From IMG/VR virus record IMGVR_UViG_2690315711_000004: DNA of 64,000 nucleotides. One strand, given 5' to 3'. The notes under the pieces are model-generated. The model made no database searches and was not told the origin of the DNA. It worked only from the letters and a program-made list of their open reading frames with translations. Source of the stretch: an uncultured virus (IMG/VR IMGVR_UViG_2690315711_000004). Lineage: Duplodnaviria; Heunggongvirae; Uroviricota; Caudoviricetes. A program made the translations under genes and the position numbers. This document shows, piece by piece, positions 47,856 through 58,258 of this stretch (position 1 is its first letter; each line of letters opens with the position of its first letter).

Positions 47856-49758
47856 ATATTTATGATTCCTATTTTAAATAAAAGTTAGGTTATTTTTATT
47901 TTTTTAACAAAAAATTAAATTACTATTTGAATAATGAATAAAATTTAAAAACAACAAAGTTATTTATTGATTTTCAAATATTAAAAATTAATAAAAAAAA
48001 GAGTAAAATTTTTAATTAATCTCCTGCAACAAATAATTAACCCTGGTGTTTTATCTTTTAATTTCTAAATTTAAATATCGCTTAAGTCAAAATGTTTTTT
48101 TCGATCGATCATCTTATTTTTGATAGATGTAACCTATCAATATATACAAACCGATCGATAAAAACGATCTATGTGGATTTTTTCAATAACTTACGATAAT
48201 AAGTAGGATTAAATCATCTGGTTTGAACAGCAATTTAATTTTTATTTTTTTAATTTTAAATAAGATTTATATTGAATATTTGTTTATTCTTATTTATAAA
48301 AACTAAGTATTATTAATTTATTTCTAAATAATATTTAGAACGATGTAGAATCAAGTATAGTAGAAGAGTATAAATAATTATTAATATAAAGGTGAGGGAA
48401 TAATTCTATTTAGGTAGGAATGATGTTCTATTGTGATTTTCTGGAAACCATTGAAACATTGGAAGAACTTAATGAAGTTTAAGATTAAAATTTACAAAAA
48501 CAGCTTAAATCATCAAAATAAGATAATAAATAAAAAGATGTACTATATCAAATATATATTTGATATATTTTTATATAGATAATTTTTCGTAATTAATATT
48601 TTTAACAGGAATAAAAATTTCTTTTGAAAGTAATCATCAGTGTTTATCTATTATTCTTCTTAAAAGTATATATTTCTTTTTTATTCATTGAACTTTAATT
48701 TAATAATAATATATTGCTCAAATCAGATACTTGATTTTATATTCTCCTTAAATAATGACTCTTTAATAATCTCATTTTGATTAAAGAATCTACGGATAAA
48801 AAATACTGATCTATCAACATCAGCTTTATGGCCCAATTTAGATTTCTTGTTATTATTGTACTTTTTAGCTATAAGAGGTAGTTGAGCCATTTTTAGCTTT
48901 ATAAGGTGTGCTATTTATGAGAATCATTTTTACGCAATACATCAAAAATCAGCTTGGCGAATTAGTCAATGAATATTTAATGTAAACCAAACTTGCTAAG
49001 ATTAACAAACGTAGTAAGTGTGTAGTTGTGGTCATATTTTTTGAAGAATATAAGTAATTTACATTGCTTAAGTTATAAAATTAAAAACTATTATTAATAG
49101 CGATATCAATTGAACGTGTACAATAATAATTAATATCATTAAAAAAACAATCTATTGTTGGATTTGAGCACAGAGACGCTCTTTATGCAAATGTAAGAGG
49201 TTTTCTTGTTAAAACTATAATATCTCTTATTAAGAGATTTCGAACATATAGAGGTATTATATTAAACTCAAGATCCAAATACTTATTTTTAATAAAATCT
49301 AAAAAATATTATCAATAAAAATTATATTTTATATAACTTATCTATAATTATAGTTTATCTTTTGGTTGAGGAAGTATTTGTCTAATTACCTTATTAAACA
49401 CTGTATTTTCAACAATATAATAATTGTTAATATTACCTTAATAGTATTATTATTAGTAATAATATTTTACCTTAAAATTAAAGTTTATCTTTTCTTATTC
49501 TTTAACTTATTCATTATATTTATTTGTATTTAAGCTACGACTGTTGTATGATATATTATATGGAATATATAAACCAATATATAATTCAGTATAATCATTC
49601 TAGCTGTTAAAATATTCTTATATGATATATAAGAGAATATAATATAAGTCAATGAAATATATAAGTCAATGAAATTTAATTTATTGCAGAAATAATAACT
49701 TAACTTAATTACATTAATATGATTTAAGTTATATTATGTTTTCGCAACTAATTTTATA

Positions 49759-51003
49759 TTGATAACGATTATGTCTTATAAATATAAACGTAAAATTTTT
49801 CTTGGAAAAAATGTATTAGAAGCTGCTCAAGAACGGATTAAGTGGATATTTGATACTTTTGAACAAATTTCACTCTCTTTTTCTGGAGGAAAAGATTCTA
49901 CCGTTCTTTTTCATCTTATTGCTACAGAAGCACGAAAGCGACATAAAAAGTTTAATGTAATGTTTCTTGATTGGGAAGTTCAATATTCAGCAACCATAGA
50001 GCACATTACAAAAATGAAATCTATCTACCAAGATTGTACGGAACAGTTTTACTGGATAGCACTACCTATCACCACTGAAAGTGGTGTTTCTCAATATGAA
50101 CCTACATGGACAGCGTGGGAGCCTGGTAAAAAATGGGTAAGACAACCGCCAGAAGATGCGATAACTGACCCTCACTTTTTCCCTTTTTATCATCCTAATA
50201 TAATTTTTGAAGATTTTACCCCTGCATTTAACCAGTGGATCACAGGTAATCATCGCAGTTCGATTATCCTGCTAGGCATAAGAGCGGATGAATCTTTAAA
50301 CCGATTTATTGCCATTAGTAATAATCGAAAGTTACGTTATGCCGATGATATTCCTTGGACAACAGCATCTCCAGAAGGTTTTTACTATATGGCCTACCCT
50401 ATTTATGATTGGCATGTTAAAGATATTTGGACTTATATTGCGCGTTTCAATTTACCCTATAACCCTATTTATGATCTGATGCACCAAGCGGGCGTTAGTT
50501 TAAGTCAAATGCGTATTTGCGAACCTTTTGGGCCAGAGCAACGCAAGGGACTATGGTTATACCATGTTTTAGAACCTGAGACGTGGAGTCTTGCTTGTGA
50601 ACGAGTGAGTGGAGCTGATGCCGGAATGTTATATACAAATCCTCGTAATAAATCAGGTTTCTATGGGCGACATCAAATTAGCAAACCATCCCATCATACC
50701 TGGAAATCTTATGCTCACTTTTTATTAGCCAGTTTACCAGAGAAAACAGCAGAACATTATCGTAATAAAATAGCGGTCTATCTTCGCTGGTATGCCGAAC
50801 GAGATTACCCAAATGGCATACCTGATGCACAAGAAGGTGATACTAGTAGTAAACAAATCCCTTCTTGGCGACGAATTTGTAAGACCATCTTGCGTAACGA
50901 TTTTTGGTGTAGAACATTAGCATTTAGTCCAACAAAATCACATTGTTATGATCGATATTTTAAACGAATACAAGAAAAACGAAAAAACTGGCAACTTATT
51001 TAG
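49759..51003 (+). CDS. IbrA/YbdN-like PAPS-reductase-family protein (probable start 49771)
   Basis: SFSGGKDS PP-loop, GIRADES, YPIYDW, MRICEPFG, PSWRRICK. Confidence 0.88.
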   Translation: MITIMSYKYKRKIFLGKNVLEAAQERIKWIFDTFEQISLSFSGGKDSTVLFHLIATEARKRHKKFNVMFLDWEVQYSATIEHITKMKSIYQDCTEQFYWIALPITTESGVSQYEPTWTAWEPGKKWVRQPPEDAITDPHFFPFYHPNIIFEDFTPAFNQWITGNHRSSIILLGIRADESLNRFIAISNNRKLRYADDIPWTTASPEGFYYMAYPIYDWHVKDIWTYIARFNLPYNPIYDLMHQAGVSLSQMRICEPFGPEQRKGLWLYHVLEPETWSLACERVSGADAGMLYTNPRNKSGFYGRHQISKPSHHTWKSYAHFLLASLPEKTAEHYRNKIAVYLRWYAERDYPNGIPDAQEGDTSSKQIPSWRRICKTILRNDFWCRTLAFSPTKSHCYDRYFKRIQEKRKNWQLI

Positions 51004-51009
51004 CAAGGT

Positions 51010-51657
51010 GTGAATATGACAATTGAAACTGTACTTTCTGTTTTAAAAGATTACCTAGTAAAACTAAACAATGAACAAAAAATTGAAGCACTCAATAAAA
51101 TAAAATTATCGCTTCATCAAATAAGTCCATTTAAAAATGAACCTATTGATTGTGTTCTTTGGATAAAGCGACAGCAGATTATCGCTAATGACTATAATCC
51201 CAATGTCATGTCTCCGACAGAAAAGAGATTACTAGAAACGTCTCTGGTAAAAGACGGTTATACTCAACCTGTTGTTGTATTACCTATTCAACAGTCCAAA
51301 AATAAACCATCACAATGGCAAGTTGTTGATGGCTATCATCGTTATTTACTGAGTAAAAAAAATAGCTTAAACAAGCGAATTAACGGCTATTTACCTATTA
51401 CTGTACTTGATGTTGAAAGTCATACTATGGCTGACCAAATGGCTGCTACTATTCGCCATAATCGGGCTAGAGGGCAACATCAAGTGGCGGCAATGTCAGA
51501 TATAGTCAGAGATTTATCAAGGCTAGGCTGGAATGATCAAAAGATTGGTGATGAATTAGGTATGTCACAAGATGAGGTATTACGTTTAAAACAGATTAGT
51601 GGCTTAGCTGAATTATTTTCAGAGCACGATTTTTCAGAAGCTTGGACTATTAAATAA
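51010..51657 (+). CDS. IbrB/YbdM-like ParB/Srx-domain protein
   Basis: ANDYNPN, DGYTQP, VVDGYHR, TIRHNRARG. Confidence 0.88.
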   Translation: MNMTIETVLSVLKDYLVKLNNEQKIEALNKIKLSLHQISPFKNEPIDCVLWIKRQQIIANDYNPNVMSPTEKRLLETSLVKDGYTQPVVVLPIQQSKNKPSQWQVVDGYHRYLLSKKNSLNKRINGYLPITVLDVESHTMADQMAATIRHNRARGQHQVAAMSDIVRDLSRLGWNDQKIGDELGMSQDEVLRLKQISGLAELFSEHDFSEAWTIK

Positions 51658-51943
51658 GAACATGAAATATTTATTCAGTGAGAATTTTATTAAAATTGCC
51701 ATGTCAATTAATTAGTTTACAATAGGAGTTATAATTAATTTTGTATTGCGTAGATATAGATTATATTTAAATGTTTTAGATGTGTTGTGAGAAATAAACA
51801 AAATTTCAGTGATTCCGATTGTAAAAGTAACGGGATGTGCTTTTTCTTTCATTGAGGGTAAGGGATTTAACCTACTATAGAGCAGTCAGGTTAATTATAT
51901 GGACATAGAGAGATTTTTCGTCCATATAATTTCACTCTGATGC

Positions 51944-52462
51944 TTATTTTAAACTGATATTATTATTTTTTGCCCATTTTCTTAATCTTCCATTAGCGTT
52001 AGCGTAAGGCGAAGATGTGTTAAATGAGATCATTCGTCCCATCGTCCATTTTGTGTACCATGACTTTCCATACAAAATATCATCGGTACGATCATTAATA
52101 AGCTTTACAAGCTCATTTTTTACAGTCTGAAGTTCAATTACTAACAATTTATAACTTAACTCACTATAATCCGAATAAAACTTTTGAGCAAGAAGGCCAA
52201 GCTGATTCCATTTATAGCCAGTTTCCGGAAAATCAACAGGTAGACCTTTAGCATCAGAAGTGATCCATTTTACAACAAGAGTATTCCATCCAATTAGATA
52301 CGAAACAAGGTCACGAACACTCATCTTCGTTCCTTTGGTGTGTCCAGCCATTGAGGGATCTGAAGTCATCTCCGGTGGGATTGCGTTGAGGTAACTAATT
52401 AATTTACTAAAATTTTTATCAATAGCTAAAAGTAGTTCGGCTTTTGTTTGTGGCACACTCAT
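51944..52462 (-). CDS. ClbS/DfsB-family protein (colibactin self-resistance hydrolase-like)
   Basis: VP..K.EL, LVSYLIGW, FPETGYKWNQLG.LAQKFY, KWT.GRMI.FNT.SPY match recalled ClbS blocks. Confidence 0.85.
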   Translation of the reverse strand: MSVPQTKAELLLAIDKNFSKLISYLNAIPPEMTSDPSMAGHTKGTKMSVRDLVSYLIGWNTLVVKWITSDAKGLPVDFPETGYKWNQLGLLAQKFYSDYSELSYKLLVIELQTVKNELVKLINDRTDDILYGKSWYTKWTMGRMISFNTSSPYANANGRLRKWAKNNNISLK

Positions 52463-52922
52463 AAAGAATTCTCTCTCATTTAAAACGAGACACCATAAAG
52501 ATATTATATGGTGTTTATAAATCAATTATGTACTACCTACCATAATACGTTGAGTCATCATCATTTTTAGCATTTCTTATTGCGGATTATATCTATCTTA
52601 CAATAAGGAACCAATAAGAGATACAAATAAAAAGGTTTATCATCCTGACGTATTAAGTAGGGGGTAGGTGACATGCATATTATTTCGTATTTAATGAATT
52701 AATATTGCTCTGAAATTCTTTCTAACGAAGGGATTGAATGAAATATTTTATTATACTTTGCTACAAATGGAAAACCCCAAGGAGTTACCCTCGGGGTCTT
52801 TATTCAAATGCACGTGCATTTCGCGTACACTTTCAAGTCCTTTTGTTGTCAGTGTGTAGTCTTAATGATTTCGCTAACTTTTTGTTTTTGAAACCGTTGT
52901 CCTATCACTGACCCACCAAATT

Positions 52923-52953
52923 TGGTGGTCTGGCGGGAGTTGAACCCGCGTCC
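52923..52953 (-). other. ssrA: att site: displaced 3' fragment of the tmRNA gene
   Basis: Minus strand GGACGCGGGTTCAACTCCCGCCAGACCACCA versus tmRNA end ...CCCGCCAGCTCCACCA; 90 bp from the integrase stop. Confidence 0.88.
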
Positions 52954-53043
52954 TGAGTTGTTCAACTGATTGTAATATAAGAGCTTATTATATCTGTCAC
53001 GCTACGCGTATGATTTACGGCTCAACTATAGTCCTAATTGTGG

Positions 53044-54216
53044 CTATCTGCTGTCTACTTTCTTTAAAATAGAAGTGTTGCCATCATACTCTTTCAAATA
53101 CGATCCATAATGTCTGAAAAGCATTTCAGGGCCTTTATGTCCCATCTGTGAAGCCAACCAAAATAAGTTAACTCCATTGCTAATATGCTTGACAGCAAAT
53201 GTATGTCTTGTTTGATATGGGTTCCTATATCGTACTCCAGCTTTCTTTAGTGTTGGTACCCATGCTTTTTTTCTAATTGCGTCAGCACCAGCCCAAGCCT
53301 CATTTGTTTTTGGATCTTCAAAAATAGTTTCATTTTTTAAAAAAGTGAATTTCTTTTGGGAGCTTATGGCTGAAATAGCATATTCATTCAATTCTATAAT
53401 TCGTGTTCCAGCTTTCGTTTTAGTGCCCTTAATCACGCCAACAACACTAGCTGATTTGATATGCGCTTTGTTGTTAATGAAATCAATATCATCCCACCTC
53501 AACGCACATAATTCAGAGCTACGTAAGCCTGTGTTGACTGCAAACTGAAATAAGTTTTTCCATTGATCATATTTTGTGGAGCTATATATTTTATCTACCT
53601 CTTCAGGCGTTAAAGGATCTACAACATAGTCACTCTCTAGCGAACTACTTTTTGTCTGATATCTTGATGCGGTTACTAAAGTTGCTGGGTTAGATAGAAT
53701 TAAACCATCAGTTACCGCCTCATCTAAAGCACTTCGTAAGAAAGATAATTGATTTCTAATTGTCTTTAATGACGTATTCTGTTTTTGTATCCATGTTTTT
53801 AATATCCCTGGCGTTAAATCAACAACTGATAAATCGTGTAATGCAGAAAGTGCATTTTTACATTTTTTATAACCAACAATTGTTGATGGTGACAACTCTC
53901 TAGTTTTACAAATATCTAAATACTCATCTAGATATTCATTTATGCTCCTTCCTTTGCATTTATTACCAAATATTTTTAATTTTGATGATTTAGGGAAATA
54001 TTCAACATAAGAAAAAATTCCTTTTTCTATTTTGTTATATATCTCACCTAATAAACGTTCTGCGTATTTTATGTTTTTAGAGTTTATTTCAAGATTAGAT
54101 AGAGGTTCACGGCAATGAACCCCTTTAAATGTGAATGAAATATTAATTGTTTCTCCTGATTTATGCTTACGAATCATAACTCCGCGGGGAAGTTTATTTT
54201 GTTTTGTCTGGCCCAT
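53044..54216 (-). CDS. int: Tyrosine integrase (unrelated to int 1)
   Basis: TGLRSSEL, YQTRHTFA, QMGH..Y motifs; N-terminal arm-binding domain. Confidence 0.95.
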   Translation of the reverse strand: MGQTKQNKLPRGVMIRKHKSGETINISFTFKGVHCREPLSNLEINSKNIKYAERLLGEIYNKIEKGIFSYVEYFPKSSKLKIFGNKCKGRSINEYLDEYLDICKTRELSPSTIVGYKKCKNALSALHDLSVVDLTPGILKTWIQKQNTSLKTIRNQLSFLRSALDEAVTDGLILSNPATLVTASRYQTKSSSLESDYVVDPLTPEEVDKIYSSTKYDQWKNLFQFAVNTGLRSSELCALRWDDIDFINNKAHIKSASVVGVIKGTKTKAGTRIIELNEYAISAISSQKKFTFLKNETIFEDPKTNEAWAGADAIRKKAWVPTLKKAGVRYRNPYQTRHTFAVKHISNGVNLFWLASQMGHKGPEMLFRHYGSYLKEYDGNTSILKKVDSR

Positions 54217-54380
54217 TTATTGACTTCCTTCATATCAATCCAGCGTTCTTTTACGCCTTCAATTTTCAATACGTGAACTCCCTCATGCCAGAATTGCCTT
54301 TGTAACCGCTTATTTATTGCGTCAGTTGATTCACCAAATAACTTGCAATACATAGAAATCGGTATGCATTCAAAGTACAT
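54174..54380 (-). CDS. Excisionase-like protein
   Basis: Small ORF overlapping int start; W.EGVH..ERWID..EV.KW pattern. Confidence 0.75.
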   Translation of the reverse strand: MYFECIPISMYCKLFGESTDAINKRLQRQFWHEGVHVLKIEGVKERWIDMKEVNKWARQNKINFPAEL

Positions 54381-54440
54381 ATTTTCTCTCCACACTGTCC
54401 GTACACAGTTTAAATAGATATTAGTTAATGCTGGTGGTAA

Positions 54441-54929
54441 TTATTTACTGATCTCCTTAAGAAAAGAGATCCAGTGCGTTTTATCGTTCTTACCTACACG
54501 CTGTACCGCTGTTGGTTTTTGGTCTGTTAGTGCTAAAATTTGTTTAACAGGTATTTGGGTTTCATTCCATTTGAACAGCAATGTTCCTCCTGGCCTAAGC
54601 ACTCTAAATGCTTCACTAAATCCTTTACTTAAATCTTCTCTCCATGAGTCTTTATTTAATGCGCCGTATTTTTTAAACATCCAGCTATTTTTGCCAACTC
54701 TAATTAAATGAGGAGGGTCAAATAGCACCTGATAAAAGGCATTATCTGGTAATGGAAGGTTTTTAAAATCAGAAATAATATCTGGTGTTATATTTAAAAT
54801 TCTTCCATCACATAAAATATGTTGTTCAGCTCTAATATCATTAAATAAAACTCGGTCGTCTTGTTTATCAAAATAAAACATGCGAGAGCCACAACACATA
54901 TCAAGTATCGGTTTCACTCTTAACCTCAA
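54441..54929 (-). CDS. Phage SAM-dependent (DNA amino-) methyltransferase
   Basis: ILDMCCGSRMF motif I, FDPPH, FRVLRPGG. Confidence 0.85.
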   Translation of the reverse strand: MRLRVKPILDMCCGSRMFYFDKQDDRVLFNDIRAEQHILCDGRILNITPDIISDFKNLPLPDNAFYQVLFDPPHLIRVGKNSWMFKKYGALNKDSWREDLSKGFSEAFRVLRPGGTLLFKWNETQIPVKQILALTDQKPTAVQRVGKNDKTHWISFLKEISK

Positions 54930-55122
54930 ATTTAATATTTGAATCTTTATTTATCGATAATCTTAAACACGTCTTGTCATGATAATAAGATAATAGATCC
55001 TCTTCTTTTTGTAGATTTATTGATGCTTCATTTCCCCAATATCTTAAATACCTAATTCGATACCAGTTATTACCAATTTTTATAACATCATTGGGATTTA
55101 ATTGGTTTATTGATTTATCCAT
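54901..55122 (-). CDS. Hypothetical protein
   Basis: Packs between neighbours; AAGGA RBS. Confidence 0.6.
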   Translation of the reverse strand: MDKSINQLNPNDVIKIGNNWYRIRYLRYWGNEASINLQKEEDLLSYYHDKTCLRLSINKDSNIKFEVKSETDT

Positions 55123-55124
55123 TA

Positions 55125-55829
55125 TTAAATCCTTTTAAACTCAATAACCCACACCCACGGATTAGACGACCAACTTCCATCTCCATATATTTCTTCCCAT
55201 AAAGTAGGAAATTGATCGCTAGGTGTAATAGCCTTATCGGGAACTCCACCTCCACGCCCATACCAACAACCTTCAGATTTAGCATCATCGTTACTGATAT
55301 CATTCAATCTCTCAACACGAACATCAGTGATCTCTAACGTAATACGTGAAGCCCAGCGAGGCATGTGTATAGATGGTTTCCAGCAAGAACGACCATCAAT
55401 ACAACCATCATCGTCACCCCACGTGAAATCACCATCAGCAGAGTAAATGACATGTCCAGTGAAATAACCATGACCATACGGCATTTCATGCACAGCTTTA
55501 GTTGGTCTATCAGGAACATAATCAATCATCAATCCATCATCATCAAACTCATGACTGACTACACTCCACGTTTCACGAACATAAAGACGATCGCCAACTT
55601 TACCTAGCGGGCAGTTAAGGCGAATAGGTTCTTTGAGTAGCGGTGAATCATCGATAGCCCAGCAAGCCTTTCCTTCATCTTTTGCGTGTGTGCTTGACGT
55701 TACCCAGCCATGAAAATTATGAGTTGCTGGTACGGATTTTATGATCCGACGAGTTTGAGTTTTACGTCCGTCAAGAATGGCACGCACCATTTCAGCATTA
55801 AAAATAATTCCACGCTCTTTCATATTCAT
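55125..55829 (-). CDS. ASCH/PUA-like phage protein
   Basis: MVRAILDGRKTQTRR, GDRLYVRETW, WKPSIHMPRWASRI, NPWVWVIEF. Confidence 0.78.
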   Translation of the reverse strand: MNMKERGIIFNAEMVRAILDGRKTQTRRIIKSVPATHNFHGWVTSSTHAKDEGKACWAIDDSPLLKEPIRLNCPLGKVGDRLYVRETWSVVSHEFDDDGLMIDYVPDRPTKAVHEMPYGHGYFTGHVIYSADGDFTWGDDDGCIDGRSCWKPSIHMPRWASRITLEITDVRVERLNDISNDDAKSEGCWYGRGGGVPDKAITPSDQFPTLWEEIYGDGSWSSNPWVWVIEFKRI

Positions 55830-55858
55830 TCCTATTCATTGCATCCCTGCGAGTTAAA

Positions 55859-56086
55859 TTATTTCAGCTGAATAGCGCCTTCTTCTGGATATTCAGTGCA
55901 GTAAAAAACAGGCTTTGACTTATCGAAGCAGTCTAAATTATGCTCATCATCTAGCGTGTATTCAGTTTCGTCATCAATGTCTAAACCGTGTGTGTCTACC
56001 TTTAAGCCAGCAAAATCAGCCATAGCTATTAATTGATTAGTTGTTAATGTAATAGTCATATCTATCTCCTGTTTGCATCCTTGCAC
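55859..56086 (-). CDS. Small acidic hypothetical protein
   Basis: AGGAG RBS before MTITL; ends EYPEEGAIQL. Confidence 0.6.
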   Translation of the reverse strand: MQGCKQEIDMTITLTTNQLIAMADFAGLKVDTHGLDIDDETEYTLDDEHNLDCFDKSKPVFYCTEYPEEGAIQLK

Positions 56087-56098
56087 TGAGTAAGTGGG

Positions 56099-56596
56099 TC
56101 AAACCACATTAATTAAATGGCGTGGATACATAAGCCCAATAGGTGCGAAGGGAATATCATCCTCAAAATCCATTGGTGGTTGACTACTCTGTGCTTGAGG
56201 TTGAGCCGGTGGCGGGTTTTGCTGTGCCGGTTGTGAACCTGCTGATTTACTAGCACCACCTAGCATTTGCATTGAACCGCCAATCTTTACAACAATTTCT
56301 GTTGTATAGCGTTTAACGCCGTTATCATCCCACTCGCGCGTTTGTAGTTGGCCCTCGATATAAACTTGGGAGCCTTTACACAAATAGCCACTGGCGATAT
56401 CTGCAAGCTTTCCAAACAAAACAACACGATGCCATTCTGTTTTTTCGCGATTTTCACCTGTTTGTTTGTCACGCCATTTTTCTGATGTGGCCACAGCTAA
56501 ATTGGCAACAGCACTACCAGAAGGCAGGTAGCGGATTTCAGGATCACGCCCTAAATTGCCGATAAGAATTACTTTGTTTACTGATCCGTTAGCCAT
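56099..56596 (-). CDS. ssb: Single-stranded DNA-binding protein
   Basis: [35 protein letters not shown] plus a short C-terminal extension. Confidence 0.95.
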   Translation of the reverse strand: MANGSVNKVILIGNLGRDPEIRYLPSGSAVANLAVATSEKWRDKQTGENREKTEWHRVVLFGKLADIASGYLCKGSQVYIEGQLQTREWDDNGVKRYTTEIVVKIGGSMQMLGGASKSAGSQPAQQNPPPAQPQAQSSQPPMDFEDDIPFAPIGLMYPRHLINVV

Positions 56597-56654
56597 TTTC
56601 AGTTATTCCTATTTGAGTAATATCGCCACCAATAAGATGGCGATTAATTAATAA

Positions 56655-57482
56655 TTAAGCTGAAAACTTGCCAATGAATGTTTCGATATCACTTTCATCA
56701 AATTCATCACAAAGTAGATTGCGAAACTCTTGAGCGATTTGTTCTTCAAGGTTTTCAAGTTGGACAATACGGAGCACTAAAACGGGAACATCACCGCCAG
56801 TAAGCACGCTATAACGCAATTTAATACTACGTTCTTTTAACTCGTCATATGGGGTGCAGGTAAACTGGAATGCAGTAGGCATAACATCTTTGCTTCTTGC
56901 TTCAACATTTTCTAATACTGAACGTTTGGCGCTAAAATCGTGATCTTCATGTTCAGCAGAGCGTGTTGATTCAATTGTAATACGGCGGACAGCAGAAATA
57001 GCTTGTTTGATATCTAAAACATTGCCGTCAGCATCAAACGCCATTAAATAATCACGCCAGTCTTCTAACCATTCCGCTAATTCTTTTTGACGATGTTTAA
57101 CACCATCAATTTTTAATAGTGCTGCGAATGGGGCAGTTTGTTTTAATTTCACAAGAGCAGTATTATCAGCATGACCAGGCTCACCAATTGTGCCGATATT
57201 AAAAATAGTTTTGGCACTCATTTCATCGGCATCAATAAAGCAGCTAACACCTTCATCAATTGCATTTTTGATTGAGTATTTAACAAAGTCACTGATACTG
57301 GTTGTTTTCATTTCACCACGGAAACGGAAGCGACCTTCTTGTAAATTTTCCAAACTACTCACTTTAAATTCATTTGGAAGAACAATGGCGGGGCAAAGAG
57401 ATTTCTCTATTGCTTCGAGACTTAATGAAGCCACTGCCATATTTTGAATTTGCGAAATAGCACTACCGTCTAATTGAGACAT
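56655..57482 (-). CDS. YfdQ/DUF2303 family protein
   Basis: Homolog of 2000-2827. Confidence 0.8.
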   Translation of the reverse strand: MSQLDGSAISQIQNMAVASLSLEAIEKSLCPAIVLPNEFKVSSLENLQEGRFRFRGEMKTTSISDFVKYSIKNAIDEGVSCFIDADEMSAKTIFNIGTIGEPGHADNTALVKLKQTAPFAALLKIDGVKHRQKELAEWLEDWRDYLMAFDADGNVLDIKQAISAVRRITIESTRSAEHEDHDFSAKRSVLENVEARSKDVMPTAFQFTCTPYDELKERSIKLRYSVLTGGDVPVLVLRIVQLENLEEQIAQEFRNLLCDEFDESDIETFIGKFSA

Positions 57483-57547
57483 GAATAAACTCCTACTTAT
57501 TTAAAAGCATTAAATTAAATGGATAGGTTTAATTAAAAATAAGGAAA

Positions 57548-57922
57548 CTAATTAACGGATTTTAATTTCCCGTCGGGCTGACCTTGCAAAGAAAATAATT
57601 GACCTTGGTCTTCTTGCATAATGGTCAACTTACCACCTTTACCTACGTACATTGGTGTTTTAGTAGTATCTTCTTCAGCCCGTTTCCCGCGTGGTGTTGG
57701 TGCAGAGAACTTAAGTTTATGAGTTATTTCAACTCGTTTTTCTTCCATTGAATTACTAAGGCGAGCAAAATCTAATTCAATAGTGACTTTGCCTTTTCCA
57801 CCATTATTTAAAACGCCTAAAGCCACATCATTTAAAACAGCAGAGACTTTATTTTCAAAAACGCCAGCGTCCAATTCGGAAAGAAAGTCAGGGACATTTG
57901 TCTTACGATCTTCTTGGCTCAT
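57548..57922 (-). CDS. YfdP-like protein
   Basis: Homolog of 2893-3267. Confidence 0.75.
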   Translation of the reverse strand: MSQEDRKTNVPDFLSELDAGVFENKVSAVLNDVALGVLNNGGKGKVTIELDFARLSNSMEEKRVEITHKLKFSAPTPRGKRAEEDTTKTPMYVGKGGKLTIMQEDQGQLFSLQGQPDGKLKSVN

Positions 57923-58258
57923 TTCTATAACCTCACGTTATCACTTCACACAATAAGAAAGGGCACTAGCGAGTTGACATAATCCTGATAAGACATTTCA
58001 CAAATAATGCCAGTACCCTTGCTTATTGTTAGACTCATAATCAAAAAGAGCGGACCACCTGTGGTTGCATCAGCCCGATTGGGTTCGGATTTCTAGCTGA
58101 TCGCAGGTTACATTTTTTCACGCCCACGCTCTTTGGTTATAAAACTAACCCTATAAAAATGGCTGACTGAGCAGAACATTATCACCACAACCCCTTTTAA
58201 TGGTAAAAGACTCAGCCAGCCATTGTTTCTCTTCACACGTTCTCTTCACACATAAAAA

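Noticed and set aside
49055..49075. ACATTGCTT as another RyhB-like seed downstream of a weak Fur-like box
   Set aside because: No terminator or flanking similarity; plausible by chance in AT-rich DNA
42458..52900. Right attachment site of prophage 1 (an icd-like duplication might be expected for an e14-type integrase)
   Set aside because: No such duplication recognised, and the left att is outside the window so no comparison is possible
52923..52953. tRNA or complete tmRNA gene
   Set aside because: Only the T-arm and a damaged acceptor 3' strand are present; upstream sequence is phage DNA
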